Shown here: positions 10,899 to 18,701 of the stretch, piece by piece
How the letters are laid out: the number at the start of each line of letters is the position of its first letter
How positions within the stretch are numbered: the first letter of the stretch is position 1
IMG/VR virus record: IMGVR_UViG_3300029305_002733
Coordinates: 19,602 to 83,601 of that record
Length of the DNA stretch: 64,000 nt
Reading direction: 5' to 3' (one strand)
DNA from: a virus
Lineage: Duplodnaviria; Caudoviricetes
The notes under the pieces: generated by a model
Database searches by the model: none
What the model was told of the DNA's origin: nothing
Seen by the model: the letters and a program-made list of their open reading frames with translations, nothing else
Position numbers and translations under genes: made by a program

Positions 10899-10936
10899 TT
10901 GTATTTTTCCTTTCTTTAGTATGAAATTATTTGATA

Positions 10937-11104
10937 CCGTTACTGAAAACTTATAAAAAATTATAAACTTTTATGTTTCATTCCTACTTCAATGTGTATG
11001 CTTTCGACGATATAAATATCAGTCTACTCACAAGTTCTTGTACACTCCATAGGCGTAAATTCCTGGCTAACGCATCAGTACATATCTGCATTAACTTGAA
11101 AGTG
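10937..11104 (-). ncRNA. Putative TnpB omega/reRNA scaffold (element right end)
   Basis: Non-coding segment directly 3' of tnpB with the typical GGAGTGT...GTGAGTAG...GAAAGCATACAC...GAAGTAGGAA...AACGG pattern. Confidence 0.6.
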
Positions 11105-12295
11105 TTATGCTACAGATTTTTCTAAAAACATTTCTCCATATCTTTTCAGATTTAAACTTGCTTGATAATCTCTGTCAATTACGTTGCCACATTCACACTT
11201 GTAAATGCGGTCACTAAGTTTTAAATCCTTTTTGATATTTCCACAACAACTACACAATTTAGAACTTGGAAAGAATCTATCTGCAATAATTACAGGAATA
11301 TTATTCCATGCAGATTTATATTCAATTTGTCTCCTAAATTCTCCAAAACACTGTTGTTGTACTGCCTTAGATAAATGTTTATTCTTCATCATCCCTTTGA
11401 CATTCAAATCTTCTAACACTATATAAGATGGTTTGGTTTTCACTATCTCAGTAGTTGTTTGATGTAAATGATTCTGACGAATATTCGTTAGTCTGTGATT
11501 TAATTTTAAAAGTTCTTTTTCTCTTTTTATAATGTTACTTGTTTTGCAGTAACCTCCTCCTTTCTTATTCTTTTCATATCTTCTTGATATGGAACGCTGT
11601 AACCTGCGTTTTCTTTTTTCTAATTTCTTTACTTTTTGAGTTTTATTGATATTTTTATAAGTTATTTTGTCTGAGCATATTGCTAAATCTTTAATTCCTA
11701 AATCAATTCCAATACCATCATTAGATGGGCGAGAAGCAGAGTCTTCATACTCAATACCAACTGTAATCCACCAATTAATTCCATCATACTTAATACGAGG
11801 ATTCATGTATTTTGCATTTGCACTTGGTATACGACCATGTTCAGCAAGTTTAATCCAATTCAATTTTTGCTTATTCTTTTTCTTAGAAGTAGCAAATCCT
11901 TCAACTTTTACATGTGTATCTGTAAATTGTATTTTTACATTGTCTTGATAGAATTTTGGTACTGAATGTTTTCTACTTTTGAATCGTGGAAACTTTGTAT
12001 ATCCTTTGAAGAAATCTCTATATGCTTCGCAAGCGTCTTTTATAGCTTGTTTTGTTACATTATTTGAAATGTTATTTAACCATGCATAGCCAGATGTTTT
12101 CTTTAACTGCGTAAACTCTTTTCTTAAATCTCCATCAGATATAAATTTTCCACCATTTTTGTAATTTTCTTGTTCTCTTGCTAATGCCCAGTTATAAGCA
12201 AATCTTGCAGTATTAGCATATTGAAATAGTTTAGTTTTTTGTTTGTTATTTGGTAATAGCATTACTCTTATTGTTTTTATCATCATCTTCACCAC
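11105..12295 (-). CDS. tnpB: RNA-guided endonuclease TnpB
   Basis: RuvC residues GIDLG, VLEDL, DRDYQAS intact; Zn finger CSCCG...CECG; N-terminal HTH IKTIRVMLLPNNKQK. Confidence 0.95.
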   Translation of the reverse strand: MVKMMIKTIRVMLLPNNKQKTKLFQYANTARFAYNWALAREQENYKNGGKFISDGDLRKEFTQLKKTSGYAWLNNISNNVTKQAIKDACEAYRDFFKGYTKFPRFKSRKHSVPKFYQDNVKIQFTDTHVKVEGFATSKKKNKQKLNWIKLAEHGRIPSANAKYMNPRIKYDGINWWITVGIEYEDSASRPSNDGIGIDLGIKDLAICSDKITYKNINKTQKVKKLEKRKRRLQRSISRRYEKNKKGGGYCKTSNIIKREKELLKLNHRLTNIRQNHLHQTTTEIVKTKPSYIVLEDLNVKGMMKNKHLSKAVQQQCFGEFRRQIEYKSAWNNIPVIIADRFFPSSKLCSCCGNIKKDLKLSDRIYKCECGNVIDRDYQASLNLKRYGEMFLEKSVA

Positions 12296-12316
12296 CTCTC
12301 ATCCTTTTATGAGAAA

Positions 12317-12387
12317 TCACCCAGGGCGAAGTCGAATCGCCATCTCCTCCCGTGTGGAGGTATTCTACCAATTATTACTACCGGGCA
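12317..12387 (-). pseudogene. Degenerate tRNA-like sequence
   Basis: T-arm GGCGA-TTCGACT-TCGCC, acceptor TGCCCGG/CTGGGTG, stem CCTCC/GGAGG with 5-nt loop ACACG (no U33), poor D stem. Confidence 0.5.
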
Positions 12388-12767
12388 ACCTTTGCTAAAA
12401 ATGAAATACCTTGTTCAGTTAACAATTTCTTATTTGATGGTTTAACGTTTCACCAACAACGGACGCTCACCCTACTGCTCACAGGGAACAGTTTTATCAT
12501 ACCACTGACAAGATAATATTGAAAAAATACACGCGTGACCTATGTATTCGCGACTACATAGGATTATACTTCCCACGTTTTACGTCCCGTTAAAGTATTA
12601 AACGCCAGACGTTTCTTCCTTTCTCCCTTTCGGCAAAAGAAGATAATGCTCCAAACGCTTAGTCGTTACCTCCGTTGTTCACCTCCATCCACGGTAGGGG
12701 TATGTTCTTTTTGAACTTGCCTCAAAAGTCAGACTATACATTAGTCAATTTTGGCTTCATCAGCCAA

Positions 12768-12852
12768 CGACTGTTGAGCGATTCGAACGCTCGGAGCTGT
12801 TAAGCTCACTGGTTTTCAAGACCAGCTCCTTAAACCACTCGGACAAACAGCC
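12768..12852 (-). tRNA. tRNA-Ser(UGA)
   Basis: Full cloverleaf; anticodon loop CT-TGA-AA; long variable arm; discriminator G; CCA not encoded. Confidence 0.92.
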
Positions 12853-12855
12853 AGA

Positions 12856-12928
12856 TGCGAGATATTGGAGTTGAACCAATCGCAACAGCTTTATAAGAAC
12901 TGCCCCATAACCGCTTGGGTAATCTCGC
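12856..12928 (-). tRNA. tRNA-Ile(UAU)
   Basis: Acceptor GCGAGAT/ATCTCGC, anticodon arm CAGTT-CTTATAA-AGCTG, T-arm ATTGG-TTCAACT-CCAAT. Confidence 0.85.
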
Positions 12929-13116
12929 TTATTTTGCCGGAATATACCGTCCGGCACGGTTGAAAGAGGAGGAGAATCAAACTTCGATTTTATTTAATTA
13001 TGTCTAGTTTGATTGTTACGTATTTGTGCGTTTTTGTTTAGGTGACGCACCCCACCGCCTTACAAAAGAGGTTCAAAAATGAAACAACTATCAACCAATG
13101 TGTCTTTCGACACAAG

Positions 13117-13189
13117 CTGGGCATACTGGATTTGAACCAGTGAAATGCAGCAGTCAAAGTGCTGTGCCTTACCGCTTGGCGAATGCCCA
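13117..13189 (-). tRNA. tRNA-Gln(UUG)
   Basis: TGGGCAT/ATGCCCA acceptor, GCCAAGCGGTAAGGC D arm, CT-TTG-AC loop. Confidence 0.92.
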
Positions 13190-13196
13190 ATGTAAT

Positions 13197-13247
13197 GTGC
13201 AGTAGCAATATTATTTTGATTTGAGAGGAGGTACGTTGCTACTGCAC
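13197..13247. repeat. 12-bp perfect inverted repeat upstream of tRNA-Gln
   Basis: GTGCAGTAGCAA (13197-13208) / TTGCTACTGCAC (13236-13247). Confidence 0.8.
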
Positions 13248-13384
13248 CTTAACTAAGAAAGGAGGCTTCTTCAATGTACAAAAGAGAAGAACCATTACGA
13301 ATCTTAGATGTAAGCTTTTTCATCACTACTATTTAATTATGCGTAGTTTAGAGATTTTTTTAAGTTCCTTATTGGAACATCTTT

Positions 13385-13413
13385 ATGATAACACATTCAA
13401 ACTCATTTGTCAA
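13385..13413 (-). promoter_or_regulatory. sigmaA-type promoter for the tRNA cluster (P2)
   Basis: TTGACA-17-TATCAT. Confidence 0.75.
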
Positions 13414-13484
13414 TACTTATTTTAAATATTTTAATTTTATCTAGTTTGAAGTGTTTTTAAAGTGTTCCTCTTTGGAACAACTTA

Positions 13485-13513
13485 ATGATATCATATTAAA
13501 AAGGATTTGTCAA
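13485..13513 (-). promoter_or_regulatory. sigmaA-type promoter for the tRNA cluster (P1)
   Basis: TTGACA-17-TATCAT. Confidence 0.75.
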
Positions 13514-13544
13514 CACCTTTTTATTTAATTTTACGAAGTTTATT

Positions 13545-14462
13545 TTAATGGGCTGCGAGATCACAAGCATGAATTTGAAATACCTCCTCAACTGTCTTCT
13601 GTCCAAATAATTTAGTATCCTTCTCCAGCTTCTGCTCGTTATTCTTCCATTCTAAATAAGGTCGCATATGCAACTCAATTAATAAAGCAACATACTGTTT
13701 ATCAATCCAAGGCCAATTATCCATATCAAAGAATAAAGAAGCGTAGCAACCGCTGTTATGGTGGCTAAAGTAGTGAACTTCACCATCATCTTCTCCTTTT
13801 CTGTTTTGCGAAGAACGTGTGACCGGCTTACCAATATCATGCATAAATGCAGCCATGGTTACATCATCAAACTGACCTGTATTTTCTAAACACACTTGAC
13901 CTGCTTTTTCCATATGATTTCCTAGAGACAAACCATGATGACTATTACCTTGGTCATAATTCTTTAACTCTTCTATATAATCAAATGGATTACCATAATA
14001 ACATTCATATTCTGGTTTAGTATATGCTACTTCTACTTCATTCCAACCTTCTGCCCTAGATGGCATCTGAAAATTGAAATACATACGGAATAATATATCT
14101 TCCGGAACCTGACGTTCTCTTGCAGCATTATTACAAATGCACTCCTCAAAAGGAGTTGCGACAATAACACATTTCTTATAACAGTTTACTCTTTTAAGGG
14201 TATAAAGCAAATGGATGCGATTACGTCTTCTAAGGTTGGTAGCGTCAATAACCACATTCTTTCCCACTAACAAATCCTCTTTAACTCTTTTATACAAAAT
14301 GTCAAACACTTCTGTATTATGGGATTGATCTGTTTCATCTCCCATTTCCGCACGAATCCTATCTGAAGCATGAACCACATAACCTTCAGATTCATATTTT
14401 TCGACATATGTACTTTTACCTGCACCCGGCAAACCACAGATTAAAATTAATTTACTTTTCAT
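13545..14462 (-). CDS. Polynucleotide kinase (AAA_33)-HD phosphoesterase fusion
   Basis: P-loop GLPGAGKS, VIDATN; C-terminal HD domain HH...FMHDIGK...H...H...D. Confidence 0.85.
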   Translation of the reverse strand: MKSKLILICGLPGAGKSTYVEKYESEGYVVHASDRIRAEMGDETDQSHNTEVFDILYKRVKEDLLVGKNVVIDATNLRRRNRIHLLYTLKRVNCYKKCVIVATPFEECICNNAARERQVPEDILFRMYFNFQMPSRAEGWNEVEVAYTKPEYECYYGNPFDYIEELKNYDQGNSHHGLSLGNHMEKAGQVCLENTGQFDDVTMAAFMHDIGKPVTRSSQNRKGEDDGEVHYFSHHNSGCYASLFFDMDNWPWIDKQYVALLIELHMRPYLEWKNNEQKLEKDTKLFGQKTVEEVFQIHACDLAAH

Positions 14463-14496
14463 ATCAAATCACCTTCCAATCTTTTACAAATATATC

Positions 14497-14525
14497 TTGC
14501 AATTTTTTCCAATTTGTTGTATATT
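14497..14525 (+). promoter_or_regulatory. sigmaA-type promoter of the counter-oriented gene
   Basis: TTGCAA-17-TATATT, followed by AAGGAGG RBS. Confidence 0.6.
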
Positions 14526-14556
14526 AATGTCATAAAATATAAGGAGGACATCACAT

Positions 14557-14877
14557 ATGGATGATGACGTACCACTCTTACAAACGAGAACCTCTCAGCG
14601 TATATTTACTTATGTAATTACTGAGAATCTAAACACTACTTATGAAGAAGCCCGTGTTTTTGAATTTGGGATCGAATGCACAGTAACTAACTCTAAAGGG
14701 ATAGTCATATCTTATAAACATGTAAGATGTATATCTCCTGACTTTGATAAAGTATACGGCATTGCCATCCTATTTCAAAAACATAAAGTATATCCGGAAC
14801 ACATGTTGGATATTATTGATGATTTGCTTGCTATGAACGAGCTTCCAGAAGCAATTTACTATCCAAAATGCGCCTAA
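14557..14877 (+). CDS. Small clostridial-type protein (DUF6514-like)
   Basis: Strong RBS; FGIEC...CISPDFDKV...VYPEHMLDIIDDLL pattern recalled from clostridial DUF6514 proteins, not verified. Confidence 0.55.
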   Translation: MDDDVPLLQTRTSQRIFTYVITENLNTTYEEARVFEFGIECTVTNSKGIVISYKHVRCISPDFDKVYGIAILFQKHKVYPEHMLDIIDDLLAMNELPEAIYYPKCA

Positions 14878-14886
14878 AATAAACCA

Positions 14887-14913
14887 GGGTGGGGTTAACT
14901 CACCCTATTTTTT
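14887..14913 (+). terminator. Rho-independent terminator
   Basis: AGGGTG-N9-CACCCT followed by ATTTTTT. Confidence 0.7.
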
Positions 14914-14935
14914 ATACAATAAAAAGCATCTTTTA

Positions 14936-15238
14936 TTACTCGTTATCCCGCATTAATTTCTGCCCACACTCCGGACAATATTTATCTATTCCGGGTACAA
15001 CTGTACCTAAACACGCAGGACAGGAATTATTATATACTCCTACTGCTTTTTTAGGTATCTGTTTCTCAATCATGGCCTTTAAATTTGCACCATTGATTTC
15101 TATTCGTTGATGATACCCTCTTTCTGTGTAATATTCTTGAATTACTCCTAAGATAAAGTCATCTGTTTGCTTTATGTTATCATTTACATAAGCCTCAATA
15201 CTTCCCATATAACCTAAACTAATCCGTTGATCTGTCAC
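14936..15238 (-). CDS. Zn-ribbon phage protein
   Basis: CPAC...CPECGQKL. Confidence 0.65.
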   Translation of the reverse strand: MTDQRISLGYMGSIEAYVNDNIKQTDDFILGVIQEYYTERGYHQRIEINGANLKAMIEKQIPKKAVGVYNNSCPACLGTVVPGIDKYCPECGQKLMRDNE

Positions 15239-15355
15239 GCTGCTACTCCCTTATTTCTTTTGTTTTCTTCTTGCCATTCTTTCAAGGCTTCTATACTCTT
15301 TTTGATTTCTAACATGAGATTATATATGACCTCTGCTAATTCTCTGTTTGTCATA

Positions 15356-15724
15356 CTACTCTCCCTTCTGATATGGTGCAATCGGCAAAGGCATCCATTC
15401 AATTACGCAATTATCAACCTCAAAACTTGAACGATAACCCATATCAATAAGTACATGCATTTTCATTGTTCTAAAACACTGTCCGTAAATATCATAAGTG
15501 CTTTGATACACTCTGTTTCCATCAGTGACAATGAATCTACCATCATTCTGAAAAAATTCTTCTTTGCTCGGCAATCTCTCATTGCAAGGAATCCAACCAT
15601 ATTCCTTTGCTACTTCTTGCTTTTCCATTGCTTCGATTGCCATATCCAATGCCATCTGCTCCCTAAAGTCTAAACAATTTACTGGAAATGATTTTAATTC
15701 TGCCAATGCTTCCGCTTCCGTCAT
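15356..15724 (-). CDS. Phage hypothetical protein (DUF551-like)
   Basis: WIPCNERLP...VIEWMPLP motif. Confidence 0.6.
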   Translation of the reverse strand: MTEAEALAELKSFPVNCLDFREQMALDMAIEAMEKQEVAKEYGWIPCNERLPSKEEFFQNDGRFIVTDGNRVYQSTYDIYGQCFRTMKMHVLIDMGYRSSFEVDNCVIEWMPLPIAPYQKGE

Positions 15725-15727
15725 TCC

Positions 15728-16784
15728 TTACCCCTCCTTTAACTCCTCTGCCACTTCATTGATTTTTCTAGCACAATACCAATCTCTGCCATCAACATCT
15801 AATTTGCTTAGAATCAACTCCGCAAATTCATCAATAGCCGATGCCCTTATCTCTGCTTCGGTTGTGGTTTCCATGAACTTGGCGTGTTCCATTGCATCGT
15901 GAATTGCTTCCATGTAACCCTTGCCCCAATCAGTAATGCCATTCATGTCTAATTCTCGTTCAAGTAAAAACATCAGCTTACTTCTATCAATTAACTCTGC
16001 CATCACTCCACCTCCGAAATCTAATAAGACCAATTACCATAAGCAAAATGTCCTAAATAACTTCCACATTCTTTGCAATGCAAATCATATTCTACAAGAA
16101 TTGCATCTTCAAAATGTTCATTTCGAACCTCTTTTTCCACACACCCACAATCACATTCGATTGGTGGATAATCTCTTTTATCGTAACTCATCTACTCCAC
16201 CCCACCTTTCCGAACAATTTCAAATATCCTGCTCCATGCGCAAATCTTACAGCCTTGTCCTTGTGCAAATTCTTCACTGCATTTACTGTTGCAACCCATG
16301 TAGCGTTTTAACTCTTCAATAACTGCTTCTACATCATAAGCTGTCTTTGCATTGCTGATTTTTGCTGCGCATTGATAGAATGCTTGATGCTTTGCCCTAT
16401 CGTATTCATAGTCTGCATCGTTCTCTATTTCCTGTATCAAAGGCTCTGCATATACTAACCGTGCCATCACTCTTCCTCCGAAATCTTTATAGGCTTTCCA
16501 CAGTATGGGCATATACAATCAAAATCTTCCAAAACAATTCGTAAATTCTTAATATATGAACTGTTATAGGTTGAACATTTTTCATCTGCACAATGCCACG
16601 CAATTCCAGTGTTTTCTTCAAGTTTCCACTCACAACAATCCGATTCCCACTTTGCTTCGGCTTCGTTAATGATGCGATTGACTCTTTTAATGCCTGTGTA
16701 CTCTTCTCCGAATAACTCCACACCTATTGTTGCGTTTATCTCCTCACGCATCCAATCAAATATCTGTTTTATCGTCATTTTCAC
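15728..16784 (-). other. Three small phage hypothetical genes (15728-16033, ~16192-16467, 16467-16784)
   Basis: Abutting ORFs with GGAG/GAGG RBS; the last has a CPYCGK Zn motif. Confidence 0.6.
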
Positions 16785-16882
16785 TTTCCTTTCTAAACGA
16801 CGAAAAAATCCCTTTATTTATAAGGGTTTTCAAGGGATTTTCGCCATTATTCTCATAAAAACTACCCAATAAAAAACATTTT

Positions 16883-17578
16883 TTATTCACTCTTTTGGTT
16901 TAATTTTGTCCAGTTATACCATCCATACAGACAGTTGATTGTCCATGCAATATACATCGCAACCATAGACCAGTTGCCATCAACAAACCACATCTTCAAA
17001 CATAAAATATCAATTGCTAACCACCAAATCCACTGCTCTCTATAACCCTTAATCATTAAAAGCTGTGCTACAATTGCAAATACATTTGTTGCTGCATCTG
17101 TATATGCCTGCTGACTATTAATAAGAGTTAATGCATATCCAGTACCCATTGTTAATGCACCGGTTACAGCTCCGGATAAAAGCCACTGTTTAACTGTAAA
17201 TTTCTTCGCCTTAACCTGAGTAGAACCATCGTCATTCTTATTCATGTTCTTTTTCCAAATGAAAATACCCCAAATCATAGTTACAAGATAAAAGATATTC
17301 TCTAAGAACTCACCGTAAAACCTTGCTTCCCATGTAAGCCATAAACAAATACCAGTCTGCACAAATCCAATAAAGTAAAAACTCAACTTTCCCTTTGCAC
17401 AAAGTACTACAGAAATTGTTCCTGCAACACCTGCAATCATACTTAACCAAGAGTCCGGAGCAACTACAAATACTGCAATCTGTAATACAACCATAGAAAT
17501 CATAAATAACTTTTCAAATACGTTATATCCTACCCAAAATTCATTCAATAACCAATTCTTAATTCTTTCCATTTTCAA
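16883..17578 (-). CDS. pnuC: Nicotinamide riboside transporter PnuC
   Basis: Multi-TM; LCAKGK, DAATNVFAIVAQLLMIKGYREQWIWW, NCLYGWYNW. Confidence 0.9.
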   Translation of the reverse strand: MKMERIKNWLLNEFWVGYNVFEKLFMISMVVLQIAVFVVAPDSWLSMIAGVAGTISVVLCAKGKLSFYFIGFVQTGICLWLTWEARFYGEFLENIFYLVTMIWGIFIWKKNMNKNDDGSTQVKAKKFTVKQWLLSGAVTGALTMGTGYALTLINSQQAYTDAATNVFAIVAQLLMIKGYREQWIWWLAIDILCLKMWFVDGNWSMVAMYIAWTINCLYGWYNWTKLNQKSE

Positions 17579-18680
17579 TAATCTCCCTTACATAATTTAC
17601 TACCGCCATAAAGTTCTCATAATATGTACCGTCAAGGATAGTAACCTTATCCCAATCCCCAACATCAATTAAACTCTGTTTTAAGATTTCGAATAATTCC
17701 TTACGTTCTTCTAAGCCAGAATGATTCATAAATCTTACACCATCATCTACAAATACACCATGTGGCACTACGCAGAAAATCTTATCCCAACGACTTTTCT
17801 TTGCATATTCATATGCCACAGGTTTAATTTTTGTTTCATAATCTTCAACTGTAAGTAAGCACGTAGGATCTTTTGCATAGTACTGTGCATACATATTTGT
17901 TACCAAAGAATCTGTATCTGCAAAGAATACACCATGATTCCCTGGGGAATTAATTTCCTGACGATTATGATTAAACTGTCCATCCAAGAATGCCAAGAAA
18001 TCCGCTGCATCTAATTCCCAATCTGCTACGCAGCTCTCTTTCATATAATCTCTTGCCCATTCATGGCTATGTGGCGCATTGAAATATTTACCAAGGTCAA
18101 TTACCATAGTAGATTTACCTTCGGATGCGGTACCGGTAATTAAAATATTTGTACTGAAAACTCTTCTAAATGGAAAGGTTATCTTATCCCAATTCTTAAT
18201 TGGATTCTGTCTAATCATTGTTGCACAGATTGGATTGTCTGCAACCCGGTCAACAAGAACTGCGTCTTCATTCCACATATTAACTAGGTCTGTATAGTAA
18301 TTCTCATCTCCTACATACCAGGTTCTTTTATTTGGCCAACTCATATCAACTGCTGTTTCATAAATTCTTTCAAATTCTTTCATCCAGCCTGGCCATCCAT
18401 CTGGATAATTACTGATACCAAGTTCAGAATCATTAATTGCATACACAGATACTAAATCATCATCTGCAAAGAATTCTCTTACATAACGATATCTCTTGGC
18501 ATGTGGCATAAGAGGCTCCCCTTTATCACCCTCAAATCCACAAACAATAACTAATGCTCCGCCGGCATTTTCTTTTTTAGCTCTCATAATCAAATCAAGA
18601 TGCCCCTGATGTAACGGAGCAAAGGAACCAAATACGACTCCAACCTTCCCTTTTAATGGTTTCTGATAAGCGTGTAACAT
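17559..18680 (-). CDS. nadR: NadR-like bifunctional NMN adenylyltransferase / ribosylnicotinamide kinase
   Basis: FGSFAPLHQGH (HxGH), P-loop GTASEGKS, HEWARDY, FADTD, DDGVRF; no HTH. Confidence 0.88.
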   Translation of the reverse strand: MLHAYQKPLKGKVGVVFGSFAPLHQGHLDLIMRAKKENAGGALVIVCGFEGDKGEPLMPHAKRYRYVREFFADDDLVSVYAINDSELGISNYPDGWPGWMKEFERIYETAVDMSWPNKRTWYVGDENYYTDLVNMWNEDAVLVDRVADNPICATMIRQNPIKNWDKITFPFRRVFSTNILITGTASEGKSTMVIDLGKYFNAPHSHEWARDYMKESCVADWELDAADFLAFLDGQFNHNRQEINSPGNHGVFFADTDSLVTNMYAQYYAKDPTCLLTVEDYETKIKPVAYEYAKKSRWDKIFCVVPHGVFVDDGVRFMNHSGLEERKELFEILKQSLIDVGDWDKVTILDGTYYENFMAVVNYVREIIENGKN

Positions 18681-18701
18681 TATTTATACTCTCCTTATAA
18701 A

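Larger units (their letters stand above)
10937..12295 (-). mobile_element. IS607/IS200-605-superfamily derivative carrying tnpB only (no tnpA)
   Basis: tnpB followed by a clostridial-type right end ending TTTATAAGTTTTCAGTAACGG; no transposase gene adjacent; left end not identified. Confidence 0.7.

Noticed and set aside
10918-10936. GTATGAAA-TTA-TTTGATAC as a cassette dyad upstream of mcp
   Set aside because: Spacer is 3 bp rather than 6 bp, so it was not counted
12296-12330. IS607 left end / tnpA
   Set aside because: No serine recombinase or Y1 transposase nearby, and too little sequence for a normal left end; only the TGGG coincidence is noted
12728-12748. Group I intron P7-like GACTA...TATAGTC
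   Set aside because: The two elements form a local hairpin with a 5-nt loop; no P3/P4/P6 core and no interrupted gene
12750-12767. Hammerhead-like CTGATGA on the minus strand
   Set aside because: No stem II followed by GAAA; the heptamer is part of a simple hairpin
12760-12957. 65-aa minus-strand ORF
   Set aside because: Overlaps tRNA-Ser and tRNA-Ile completely
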